Positions 12,525 through 26,200 of a stretch of DNA of 64,000 bases are shown one piece after another. The DNA is taken from contig NIVC01003425.1 in the NCBI GenBank assembly GCA_002269645.1, positions 62,001 through 126,000 of the forward strand, given 5' to 3'. Both the position numbers and the translations under genes were made by a program. The first letter of the stretch is position 1; each line of letters begins with the position of its first letter. The DNA comes from Macrostomum lignano (taxonomy: Eukaryota). The notes below the pieces were generated by a model that made no database searches, had not been told where the DNA came from, and saw only the letters and a program-made list of their open reading frames with translations.

Positions 12525-15500
12525 ATGGAGCCGACGGAGGCGTCGGAGGCGGGCATCAGCCGCGCCAGCAGCGAGGCAATCTCGATGATCAACGCAGACG
12601 TCTGGGCTTCCCTGTCGCCGGAGCAGCAGGCCGGAGTCCGGGCCGCTGTGGACCACCTGAGCGGCGAGTTGGCTCGGGAACGCGAGCGACGCCGCGTGGT
12701 CTGCATCGACAGCGAGCAGCAGGTGTTCGACGCTGAATCGCGCACCTCCGGACTGTCGGCCCGGCTGGCCTCGCTGCAGGCCGAGGCGGAGGCGGCCACG
12801 GCGCGAGCGGCCGAGCTGCAGCAGCAGCTGGCTGGCGCCGAAACCGTGCGGCGCGAAGCTGACGAAGCGCGCTCGGCTTGCAGCGCCGCTGTGCAGCGGG
12901 CGGAGTCGCTGACGGCCGAGCTGGCCGATGTTCAACGCCGACTTGACGATGCCGAGGCGGCGAAGGACGCTGCGGTGGGCAAGCTGGAAGAGCTGGAGAG
13001 AGAGCGGCTGACTCTGGCTCTGCAGCTGGATGAGAAGTCCTCACTGGCTGACTGCCAGACTGGTGAGTGAATGATGACAGAGTGCCATTTTGTGACTGTG
13101 TGCTCAGCATAGAGTGCCATTTTGTTGTGACTGTGTGCTCAGCATAGAGTGCCATTTTGTGACTGTGTGCTCAGCATAGAGTTCCATTTTGTGACTGTGT
13201 GCTCAGCATAGAGCGCCATATTGTTGTGACTGTGTGCTCAGCATAGAGTTCCATTTTGTGACTGTGTGCTCAGCATACAGTGCCATTTTGTTGTGACTGT
13301 GTGCTCAGAATAGAGTTCCATTTTGTGCCTGTGTGCTCAGCATAGAGTGCCATTTTGTTGTGACTGTGTGCTCAGCATAGAGTGCCATTTTGTTGTGACT
13401 GTGTGCTCAGCATAGAGTGCCATTTTGTGACTGTGTGCTCAGCATAGAGTGCCATTTTGTTGTGACTGTGTGCTCAGCATAGAGTGCCATTTTGTTGTGA
13501 CTGTGTGCTCAGCATAGAGTGCCATTTTGTTGTGACTGTGTGCTCAGCATAGAGTGCCATTTTGTGACTTTGTGCTCAGCATAGAGTGCCATTTTGTTGT
13601 GACTGTGTGCTCAGCATAAAGTGCCATTTTGTGCCTGTGTGCTCAGCATAGAGTGCCATTTTGTTGTGACTGTGCTCAGCATAGAGTGCCATTTTGTCGT
13701 GACTGTGTGCTCAGCATAGAGTGCTATTTTGTGACTGTGCTCACCATAGAGTGCCATTTTGTGACTGTGCTCACCATAGAGTGCCATTTTGTGACTGTGC
13801 TCACCATAGAGTGCCATTTTGTGACTGCTCACTATAGAGTGCCATTTTGTGACTGTGTGCTCAGCATAGAGTGCTATTTTGTGACTGTGCTCAGCATAGA
13901 GCGCCATTTTGTGACTGTGTGCTCAGCATAGAGTGCCATTTTGTGACTGTGCTCAGCATAGAGCGCCATTTTGTGACTGTGCTCAGCATAGAGCGCCATT
14001 AAAAATATGTTTTAGAAAAAATGCATGTTTTAAACGTTTGTGGCGGCTGAATTCTTAGGAAAGCACCTATTCAAAATATTTTCACAGAGTCTCAGTTGCC
14101 AGCTGCCCCATTCCCGCCCCAATGATTGCCGCGCCTCTGAAATTGTTATCCATCTGCAGAAAATCTGCGGCAAAGTTGTTGTTTGATCAGCTGGTTTGCA
14201 GGACGTGCTCTTTTCATTCATAATTGCCCTCTATTTTTGCTAATATTTTTCGCCAGGTAGAATTACTTGCCTTAAATATTTGCCTTTACAAAGTGTTTCA
14301 ACTTGGTAAAATCCGCCTACGATGATGCAGCTTCCAGATTCCTAAGATCATCAAATTATCTCAGCTTAGGTCCCCAAGATCCCAATCTGAATGCAGCATC
14401 CATATCCCCTAGAATCCCCACCTGAATACAGCATCCATATCCCCTAGAATCCCCACCTGAATGCAGCATCCATATCCCCTAGAATCCCCACCTGAATGCA
14501 GCATCCATATCCCCTAGAATCCCCACCTGAATGCAGCATCCAAATCCCCTAGAATCCCCACCTGAATGCAGCATCCATATCCCCTAGAATCCCCACCTGA
14601 ATGCAGCATCCGAATCCCCTAGAATCCCCACCTGAATGCAGCATCCATATCCCCTAGAATCCCCACCTGAATGCAGCATCTATATCCCCTAGAATCCCCT
14701 CTGAATGCAGCATCCATATCCCCTAGAATCCCCATCTGAAAGCAGCATCCATATCCCCAGAAAGGCCATCTGTATAGTTTTCAGATCCCCCTATTCCAAT
14801 GCAACTGCGCCATTCAAATCCCTAAAATGTCACCTGCACGCGGCTTTAAGATCTCTAAAATCCCAGTCTGAAAACAGCATTAAGATGCCACCTGCTTGCT
14901 GGTGCACCTGGCCAGGTAGAGCAGCTCAATCAAATCCCCAAATCAGCCAGAATCCCAACTCTGCACTGCCCAATCACAATTATAATTATCCCAGAATCCG
15001 CATCCCCATCCCTGTAGGCCAAATTGAACGCCTAGAAACTGAGCGCCAGCACCTGGAGGAGCGAGTCCACCTGCTCGAATCCCAGCTAGCTGAGCAGGAG
15101 CAGCAGAATCAGCAGCAGCCGGGGGTTGCAGCTTCATCAACAGCAGCCGGCCCAGCAGAATCCGCAGCTGCGACTGCGGCCAACGAAGAGCTGCTGGCCA
15201 GCCTGAGAGCCAAGCTGGACAATGCCGAGTCCAGGGCTGCCGACTTGCAGGCCCGCCTGGACGCGGCTGCCTCCCGCAGCGAGTCGGACAGGGAGGAGCG
15301 CCAGCAGCTGGAGGAGTCCTACCAGCGGCAGCTGCTGGCCGAGAGGGCCGCTGCTGAGCTGTGCAAGACCAGCGCTGAGGAGCAGTCGGCTAGGTGAGTT
15401 GCAGCTTCATTCTGGTTTGCCTCATCCACCTGCTGAAGGGTTATCTTAACTGAACTGCTTCTGCTCTCTGGGGTGTTCATTCTCCCTCTCTCCTCATTCT

Positions 15501-15557
15501 CATTCTCTCCTCTCTCCATGTCATTCTTTCCTCCTCTCTCTCTTTCCCTCCATTTGC

Positions 15558-15603
<46 letters not shown>

Positions 15604-15778
15604 GCGCCTCTCCTTTCCCCTATATGTAATCTTTAACTTCCTGCTATGTGATAGGGTCCGTTCTAAAAACATAATTGCAAGAATTTAATATTTGCAGGCT
15701 CCCCAATTTTAAAGGAATCTTATCTTTAGAAATATCCCCATTTCTATCAAAATCATAGCTTCCCATCCGGACTGATCC

Positions 15779-15810
<32 letters not shown>

Positions 15811-18800
15811 GCGCCTCTCCTTTCCCCTATATGTAATCTCTAACTTCCTGCTATGTGATAGGGTCCGTTCTAAAAACATAATTGCAAGAATTTAATATTT
15901 GCAGGCTCCCCAATTTTAAAGGAATCTTATCTTTAGAAATATCCCCATTTCTATCAAAATCATGGCTTCCCATCCGGACTGATCCCTCCCTCTCTCTGTG
16001 TTTGCACCTGTCAGCCTGTGGCCCATCTGATAATCCTTCCGCGTGGGAATTATTTTTTTCAACTTTTATCCCGTGGCCTGAAAACAGATTCCTTCTTGTC
16101 TCTGAAAATGCAAGTACAAATTTGGAATTTACTAATCGGTGCCTTTTTGCTACGCCTTAAAACCAATTATGGATTCATTTAATTACTTTCGTCCTTTACT
16201 TTTGCTGGCGCTCAACTCAACCCAATCATTGAGGCCGCTAGCGTTTAAACCAGCTGTTTTTAACCTAGCATTTTTTTATAATCACAAGATTAATAAATTG
16301 TACAGCATATCTGCAATAAAATCAACATGTACTGATGTATTCTATTGAACTCTGACCCATAATGACCCAGTAAGGATCCTGACACACAATGACTCTTTAC
16401 ACTAGTACAGTAGGTACTCTCTGACCTACAATGATCCAGTAAGGGCTCTCTGACCCACAATGACTCAGTAGGTACTCTATGACCCACAATGACTCAGTGA
16501 GGTACTCTATGACCCACAATGACTCAGTAGGTACTCTATGACCCACAATGACTCAGTAGGTACTCTATGACCCACAATGATCCAGTAAGGGCTCTCTGAC
16601 CCACAATGACTCAGTAGGTACTCTCTGACCCACAATGACTCAGTAGGTACTCTCTGACCCACAATGACTCAGTAGGTACTCTATGACTCACAATGACTCA
16701 GTAGGTACTCTATGACCCACAATCAACAAGTTGAAAAAGTTGACTCTGACTCGCTTGATCTCGGTTGACTCAGTAGGTACTTTATGACCCGCAATGATCC
16801 AGTAAGGACTCTCTGACCTACAATGACTATAAACGCATCACGCTGAAAACTCTTTGCAGATGCGCGGAGCTGTCCAGCGCAGCCGAAGGAATGCGCGCCC
16901 GACTGTCCGAGTTTGGCCGCGAACGCGAGTCCATCGAGCGCCGATTCTCCGCCCAGCTGTCCGAAGCGGCCAGCCGCCAGTCCGAGCTGGAGGCCACTGT
17001 CAATCAGCTGCGAGCCCAGCTAGACGAAGCGCGCTCCGAAGTTGACCGCCTGCGCGCGGGAATCGGCGCCCTATCCGAGGCCGAGATCGAGCGCCTGGCG
17101 CCAGCGGCCGCCGCCACCAGTCGAATGCTGAAGCGAGGCAAAACTCTCACTCAGATCTACGCCGAGCACGTGGAGGTTCAAGGCCAGCTGTCAGCGGCCC
17201 GGCTAGAGGCCGACAAAGCTAATCTCGCTGTCGCGCACATCCTGGAGGAGGTGCAGGCCAAGGTGCCGGTCATCCGCCGGCGCCAGGAAGAATGTCGGCG
17301 GGTGCGCCTGTCCGCTGTGCAGCTGGCCAAGCGGCTTGACGAGTCCGTAGCTCAGATGTGCGACTTGAAACGGACGAACGAGGAGCTGGAAAGGAAGGCG
17401 GCCTTCTTTGAACGGGAGAATGCGAGGCTGAAGGCTCGGGCTGGGGATCTGGGCGAGCAGGTGAGTATAATCTCGGTTGATCCTCAATTCAGCTCCCTTT
17501 GTCTGATTCTTGATCCCAACCCCAGATATCCATTGATCCAAATTCCAGATTCATTGATCCCAACCCCAGATATCCATTGATCCAAATTCCAGATTCATTG
17601 ATCCCAACCCCAGATATCCATTGATCCGAATTCCAGATTCATTGATCCCAACCCCAGATATCCATTGATCCGAATTCCAGATTCATTGATCCCAACCCCA
17701 GATATCCATTGATCCGAATTCCAGATTCATTGATCCCAACCCCAGATATCCATTGATCCAAATTCCAGATTCATTGATCCCAACCCCAGATATCCATTGA
17801 TCCAAATTCCAGATTCATTGATCCCAACCCCAGATATCCATTGATCCAAATTCCAGATTCATTGATCCCAACCCCAGATATCCATTGATCCAAATTCCAG
17901 ATTCATTGATCCCAACCCCAGATATCCATTGATCCAAATTCCATATTCATTGATCCCAACCCCAGATATCCATTGATCCAAATTCCAGATTCATGGATCC
18001 CAACCCCAGATATCCATTGATCCAAATTCCAGATTCATTGCTCCCAACCCCAGATATCCATTGATCCAAATTCCATATTCATTGATCCCAACCCCAGATA
18101 TCCATTGATCCAAATTCCAGATTCATGGATCCCATCCCCAGATATCCATTGATCCAAATTCCAGATTCATGGATCCAAATTCCAGATTCATTGATCCAAA
18201 TTTCAGATTCATTAATCTCATTTCTATATCCATTGATCCCAGTTCCATATCCATTGATCCCATTTATCTATCCATTGATCCCAGTTCCCTATCCATTGAT
18301 CCCATTTATCTATCCATTGATCCCAGTTCCCTATCCATTGATCCCAGTTCCATATCCATTGATCCCATTTATCTATCCATTGATCCCATTTATCTTTCCA
18401 TTGATCCCATTTATCTATCCATTGATCTCAGTTCCATATCCATTGATCCCATTTATCTATCCATTGATCCCAGTTCCCTATCCATTGATCCCATTTATCT
18501 ATCCATTGATCCCAGTTCCCTATCCATTGATCCCAGTTCCATATCCATTGATCCCATTTATCTATCCATTGATCCCATTTATCTTTCCATTGATCCCATT
18601 TATCTATCCATTGATCTCAGTTCCATATCCATTGATCCCATTTATCTATCCATTGATCCCAGTTCCCTATCCATTGATCCCATTTATCTATCCATTGATC
18701 CCAGTTCCATATCCATTGATCCCATTTATCTATCCATTGATCCCATTTATCTTTCCATTGATCCCATTTATCTATCCATTGATCTCAGTTCCATATCCAT

Positions 18801-21800
18801 TGATCCCAGTTCCATATCCATTGATCCCATTTGTATATCCATTGATCCCAGTTCCATATCCATTGATCCCAGTTCCATATCCATTGATCCCAGTTCCATA
18901 TCCATTGATCCCAGTTCCATATCCATTGATCCCAGTTCCGGATCCATTGATCTTAGTTCCAGGTTCTTTGATCCCAGTTCCCAGATCCATTGATCCCAGT
19001 TCCGAATCCATTGATCTCAGTTCCAAATCAGTGCACTGCATAATATACTCGCTACTCACTGCCAGGTAGCGAGCCTTCTTGCCAAGATTGAATCCAGTGG
19101 AGGCCGTCCGCTTGCCGAGTCGGGCAGCTCAGAGGCGGAGGCCGCTCAGCCGGAGGCGGGCAAGAAGCCAGCTGACAGTCAGCAGCAGGCGGCCCTGGAC
19201 CTGTCCGCCCTGTCAGAGCAGCCGCAGTCAACCCAAGAGGTGATCACCAGCTCCCTGCTGACATTCGCCGACATTCGCCAGCTGCAGCAGCGCAACATCA
19301 GCCTGGTGGAGGCATCCCGGGAGCTGGCTGCCCGCCTGGAAGTGCTGGAACGCGAGCGCAGCGATGCCAGCGAACTGCGAGTCAAACTGGAGAGCGCCAC
19401 CTCGGAGTTGCAGTTGGCCAGATCCGCCGAGAAGCAGCACCGAGACTTGCTGAAGGTGGCCAGTCAGCAGCGCGACATGTACAAGGTGAAATATGGGCGT
19501 TTTTTAGATTTTCTGCATTTTTCCTACTGATAGTAGGCTTATTTGCGTATTTATTCACTTGATTACAGGTTTTAGCGATTTTTCATGTAATTTCTACAAC
19601 CAGATAACAGTCCTAATCTCCGATCGCTGTCTCTCTCCTTAAGCCTCTAATCTCAGTCTTTGTATTCTCAGTTTATTAGAACCAGTAGTCTCTAGTCTCG
19701 CTCTCAGATCCCACATTTCACTTTCAGCTCTCAAGTCTCACTCTCAGATCCCAACCTCACTCTAAGATCCCCAAACTCACCCTCAGTTCCCAAGTCTCAC
19801 TCTTAAATCTCATATTTCACTCTCAGATCTCAAATCTCGCTCTCAGATCCCATATCTCGCTCTGAGATCCCAATTCTCACTTTAAGATCCCAAATCTCGC
19901 TCTGAGATCCCAATTCTCACTTTAAGATCCCAAATCTCGCTCTGAGATCCCAATTCTCACTTTAAGATCCCAAATCTCGCTCTGAGATCCCAAATCTTAC
20001 TAGCTCAGATCCCAAATCTCACTAGCTCAGATCCCAATTCTCACTCTCAGATCCCAGATAAATCCGCTGATGCTAATTTTTCCATCACAAAGCAGAGCAT
20101 CGCTTTCATACCCCCCGTCAGTTGCTGCTCGAGTCGGCCAGGAACTCATCCGCCGATCCAGCCGCCGCAGCCGCTTCCGTTCCCATGGAAACCGACCAAC
20201 AACAACAACAACAGCAGCCGCAGACTACAGCAGCCTCAACCACCCTAGCAACCAGTGGCGTGGCTAGCGACGCCCTGTCATCTGCTCACGCGGAGCTGTC
20301 AAAATTGCGCACCGAACTGTCCAGTCGAGATCGGCAGCGCGCCACGGAGTTAAACAGCGCCCGTGCCCAATTACTGGAGGCTCAGCGCGCGTCGGCGCGT
20401 CTCTCCTCCAAGCTCGAGACGGCGCAGCGTCGCGCCGAGCTTGGCGAAGCCGGCTGCGCCCGCTATCGCCGGGAGATTGACATCCTGCGCGAGATGAACG
20501 AGAAGTACACCGGGATGCTGGCCAAGCACGAGCAGGAGGCCGTCCGCCTGCAGTCGCAGCTCATCGAGCGGGGCCAGTCGGTGACTCGGCTTGAGGCGCA
20601 GCTGGAGCTGGCCAAGCAGCAGGCCAAAGCGTTGCGAGCGTCTGAGAGCCGGCTGACTGTGGAGTGCGAGCAGCTGAGACAGGACCGGCTAAGGCAGGGT
20701 CTGCTCATGACCAGCTTGCAGGCTGTGCAGGTGCGTCACTTTGTTGGCTCTTTGAGTATGTTGCTAGTCTCTGCTTGAGTCTGAGTTGGCTTCTAGTTCA
20801 TCTACGGACTTTGAGTAGTCCCCTGTCTCATCTAGGGTCTGTGAGTAGTCCCCTGTCTCATCTAGGGTCTGTGAGTAGTCCCCTGTCTCATCTAGGGTCT
20901 GTGAGTAGTCCCCTGTCTCATCTAGGGTCTGTGAGTAGTCCCCTGTCTCATCTAGGGTCTGTGAGTAGTCCCCTGTCTCATCTAGGGTCTGTGAGTAGTC
21001 CCCTGTCTCATCTAGGGTCTGTGAGTAGTCCCCTGTCTCATCTATAGTCTGTGAGTAGTCCCCTGTCTCATCTATAGTCTGTGAGTAGTCCCCTGTCTCA
21101 TCTATAGTCTGTGAGTAGTCCCCTGTCTCATCTATAGTCTGTGAGTAGTCCCCTGTCTCATCTATAGTCTGTGAGTAGTCCCCTGTCTCATCTATAGTCT
21201 GTGAGTAGTCCCCTGTCTCATCTATAGTCTGTGAGTAGTCCCCTGTCTCATCTATAGTCTGTGAGTAGTCCCCTATCCCTACCTCACCTAGGGTCTGTGA
21301 GTAGTCCCCTGTCTCATCTATAGTCTGTGAGTAGTCCCCTATTCCTACCTCACCTAGGGTCTGAGTAGGCCCTAAATTTTCTTAGAGTCTGTGAGTAGAC
21401 CCGATCCCTCTGTGTATTTGAGCTGTAATTATTTCGCATCTCCTGTCCTACCGCCTGTCCCAGGTAAACCTGGAGAAACGCGATCAAGAAGTCCGCCAGG
21501 CTGCCGAGGCTCGAATCTCGGCCGCAGCCGAACGGACCACCTCTCTCGAACGCCGCCTCGCCGAGGCCGAGTCCGCCCTGGCCGCCGAGCGCTCCGCCGC
21601 CGAGGCCGCCGCTGCCAGCGCCGCCCGTCAGCTTGCGGAGTCCGCTGAACGCCTGGCGGCCGCCGTCAGCCGCGCCAAAGCCGCCGAGGAACGGGCAGCC
21701 GCTCTGGTCGCTTCGTCATCTGGCCAGCAACAGTCGGCTGTTGAACAGTCCGAAGCTGCCGACAAAGCTGAATCTTCTCAGCCAGAAGACAATGACCAGG

Positions 21801-23086
21801 AGAAATCCTCAGCCATTGCCGCCTACAAAGAGGAGCTGGCGGAGCTGAGAGAGCGGCTGAAAGCGATGGAGCGCGACTGCGAGCTGCTGCGCGGCCAGGC
21901 TGAGAACTACCGCGCCATGGCGGAGGGCGCCGAGGCCAGGCTGACTCAGCAGGCCGAGGAGCATCAAACCGCCGTTGGCGAGTTCGAGGCCAGGCTTCGG
22001 GAGCGGCAGGAATCAATTGACTATTATCGGTGAGATAGGGCTCTTGTCTCCGCTTGACCATGTTGCTGTGGTTAGCGAGCTTTTTGTGATAATAGTTGCC
22101 ACGCTGTTGGCATTGTGTTTCTATGCTGTTGCCATTGTGTTGCTATGCTGTTGTCATGGTGTTGCTATGCCTATGCTGTTGTCATGGTGTTGCTATGCCT
22201 ATGCTGTTGTCATGGTGTTGCTATGCCTATGCTGTTGTCATGGTGTTGCTATGCTGTTGTCATATGGTGTTGCTATGCTGTTGCTATGTTGTTGCTATGA
22301 TGTCGCCATGGTGTTGCTATGCTGTTGTCATGGGGTTGTCATGCTGTTTTTATGCTGTTGCCATGATTTTGCTATGCTGTTGCTATACTACTGTTGCTAC
22401 GTTGTTGCCATGGTGTTGCTATGCTGTTGCTATACTACTGTTGCTACGTTGTTGCCATGGTGTTGCTATGCTGTTGCTATGCAACCAGATCGCCATGACG
22501 TCAACCATTTGCCACCCGTGTCCCCGCCAGCTCCCAGCTGGACAGTCTAGAACGCGAGCGCCAGACCCTGGTAAGCGACCGGTTCAAGCAGACAGAGGAG
22601 GCGCACGCCATGAACGCCGACCTGCGCAAGCAGCTGCACGATCGCCAGCAGGAGCTACAGGCGGCTGTTGAACGTCGCGACGCAGCTGTCAGCGCCGAGG
22701 ACCGCGCCAAAGCCCGGGCGACGGCTGAGGCGGCCAAAGCGGCCGAGGCGGCGGACAAATACCAGCAGGAGCTGCTGCTGCACGCGGCCGATGCCAAGGC
22801 CATGCAGGCCATCCGGGCGCAGCTGGCCGAAGCGGAGAAGACCTGCGCCGAGGCGCGCGAAGAGACGCGCAAATCGCGCGCGGATTACGAGAAGCGAATC
22901 GCCGCCCTGACAGCAGAAGCGCAGCGGCTGAGAGCCAGCAAGACGGAGGCCGAGACGCGGCTCACCCAGCTGGCTGCCGAGTTCTCCGACGTCCGGCGCC
23001 GCCTCCTGGCTGCCGAGGAGGCCGGCGGGGCGCCCGCTGGCAAAACCGGCGGAGATCGACGGGACTCGCTGGCTCTGGAGGTGAGA

Positions 23087-23169
<83 letters not shown>

Positions 23170-23263
23170 GCCTGTCTGTCTGTCTGTCTGTCTGTCTGTC
23201 TGCCTGTCTGTCTGTCTGCCTGTCTGTCTGTCTGTCTGTCTCTGCCTGTCTGTCTGTCTGTCC

Positions 23264-23295
<32 letters not shown>

Positions 23296-26200
23296 GCCTG
23301 TTTGCCTGTCTGTATTTCTTTCTATCTATCCTTCCATCTTCCTCCCCCCAACAGGACCGGGCCCGTCAGGTGGCCGAGTACCAGGCCGAAGCTGCCCGCG
23401 CCGAGGCCTGCCGTCTGTCCCGCCAGCTCGAGTCCACCCGGGCAGCCCTGGACGAGGCCCGCTCCGCCCTGGCCGCCTCGGCCGCGGTGCCGTCCCGCCA
23501 GCTGGCGGACGCTGACGAGCGGGCGGAGCTGGTCCGGGCCCGCGAGCAGATCAACCTGCTCACGGAGAGCAACCGGCTGCTGCGCCAGGATGAGGCCCGC
23601 TGGCGGGCGCGCACGGGCGAGCTGAGCAGTCGGGCTGACGAGCTGGCCGCTCAGCTGGCGCCGCTCCGCGCTCAACTGGCCGCGGCGGCAACTCAGCAAG
23701 CCGAAGCCGAGGAGTCCGCCAGGCTGCTCACCGAGGAGCGGAACCGGTGGCGCGACCGCTGCCAGGAGCTGCTGGAGAAGACGGAACGGATGGACGCCGA
23801 CCAGTACAAGCAGGCCTGCTCTGAGAGGGACGCTTTGCAGGTTTGTTGCTAGGGGTGGAGTTTGGAGCCGACTCTTACAGTTTTTTATCAAATTTCTAAT
23901 ACCTTTTATGTCAGGTTAATCCGCCCGCTGTCTATCCTAATCCAATTCCGTTGTTTCTCTCCTCCGAACTTAATTAATCCACCTCTAGGCTCCTCTGCCG
24001 CTTTAATCCGCTTCTAGACTCACTCTGTCCCCTTAAACCGCTTCTAGACTCACTCTGTCCCCTTAATCCGCCGCTAGACTCACTCTGTCCCCTTAATCCG
24101 CCTCTAGACTCACTCTGTCCCCTTAATCCGCTTCTAGACTCACTCTGTCCCCTTAATCCACCTCTAGACTCACTCTGTCCCTTAATCCGCCTCTTGACTC
24201 ACTCTGTCCCCTTAATCCGCCTCTAGACTCACTCTGTCCCCTTAATCCGTTTCTAGACTCACTCTGTCCCCTTAATCCGCCTCTAGACTCACTCTGTCCG
24301 CTTAATCCGCCTCTAGACTCACTCTGTCCCCTTAATCCGCCTCTAGACTCACTCTGTCCCCTTAATCCGCTTCTAGACTCACTCTGTCCCCTTAATCCGC
24401 CTCTAGACTCACTCTGTCCCCTTAATCCGCCTCTTGACTCACTCTGTCCCCTTAATCCGCCTCTAGACTCACTCTGTCCCCTTAATCCGTTTCTAGACTC
24501 ACTCTGTCCCCTTAATCCGCCTCTAGACTCACTCTGTCCCCTTAATCCGCTTCTAGACTCACTCTGTCCCCTTAATCCGCCTCTAGACTCACTCTGTCCC
24601 CTTAATCCGCCTCTAGACTCACTCTGTCCCCTTAATCCGCCTCTAGACTCACTCTGTCCCCTTAATCCGCCTCTAGACTCACTCTGTCCCCTTAATCCGC
24701 CTCTAGACTCACTCTGTCCCCTTAATCCGCCTCTAGACTCACTCTGTCCCCTTAATCCGCCTCTAGACTCACTCTGTCCCCTTAATCCGCCTCTAGACTC
24801 ACTCCATCTCATTAATCCGCCATCCCCCCAGACCCAAGTGGAAAGCCTCAAAGAAGAGGTGGACGCACTGAACTCTGACATCGCCGACTTGAACAACCAG
24901 CTGGAGGAGACCAGCGAGAAGTACGAGGCGCTGACAGAGGAATCCAAGGCCACCCAGGACCGTCTGGCCTCCGTGACCAGCGAACGGGACGACATTGACC
25001 AGGTGCTGGCGCAGAAGGTCAAGGAGCTCGAGGAGCTCGCGGCCGATCGGGATCGCCTGGCCAGGACGCTTGAGGAGCAGCGGGAGCGGTACAAGCGGGT
25101 GCAGGAGGTGGCCAGGAAGTACAAGCAGGAGGCTGTGGAATTGCGGTCCGGTCGCGATGGCGGAGAGTCTGAGCTGGCCAAGCTGAATCAGAAGGTTTGC
25201 TATTGGCTGCTCTGGGATTGTGGGGTTCCACTGGGTTCCGTGGGTTTCCTGTAGGGAAATGTCGATCTAAATTAATCTACCTGCGAGATATCAATCTGCC
25301 TGAGGGATATCAATCTGCCTGAGGGATATCAATCTGCCTGAGGGATATCAATCTGCCTGAGGGATATCAATCTGAGGGATATCAATGTACCTGCGAGATA
25401 TCAATCTGCCTGAGGGATATCAATCTGCCTGAGGGATATCAATCTGAGGGATATCAATGTACCTGCGAGATATCAATCTGCCTGAGGGATATCAATCTGC
25501 CTGAGGGATATCAATCTGCCTGAGGGATATCAATCTGCCTGAGGGATATCAATCTGCCTGAGGGATATCAATCTGCCTGAGGGATATCAATCTGCCTGAG
25601 GGATATCAATCTGCCTAGGGATATCAATCTGCCTAAAGATATCAATCTGCCTGAGGGATATCAATCTGCCTGAGGGATATCAATCTGCCTGAGATAACAA
25701 TCTCCACCCGCATTCACAACGAGCGGCGCCATCCCCTCCCCGCGGCCGCAGGTGTCCGAGCTCGAGGCCGCCCTGGCCGCCGCCCGCACAGAGTCGCAGG
25801 CCGAAATCGAGCGACTTCGCGAGGAGGCCTCCGAAGCCCGGATGCGCACGGCGGCCATTGAGAACCACTCCAAGAAGCTGCTGGCTGACAATGCCGCATT
25901 GAAGACTCGAGCTGCCGAACTGGAAGCTCTTCTTCAGCAGGAGCAGCAGAAACAGCAGCAGCCTGAGCAGGAGCAGCAGATAAAGCAACAGCCTGAGCAG
26001 GAGCAGCAGAAACAGCAACAGCCTGAGCAGGAGCAGCAGAAACAGCAACAGCCTGAGCAGGAGCAGCAGATAAAGCAACAGCCTGAGCAGGAGCAGCAGA
26101 AACAGCAACAGCCTGAGCAGGAGCAGCAGAAACAGCAACAGCCTGAGCAGGAGCAGCAGAAACAGCAACAGCCTGAGCAGGAGCAGCAGAAACAGCAACA

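Noticed and set aside
18125-19069. 314-aa and 274-aa ORFs, and similar repeat ORFs at 13.6, 22.1, 24.2-25.2 (minus), 27.7, 30.2-31.0, 32.0, 39.9-40.7, 41.6, 50.8 and 52.2 kb
   Set aside because: They are translations of stop-free tandem repeats, mostly inside introns with valid splice sites or on the antisense strand.
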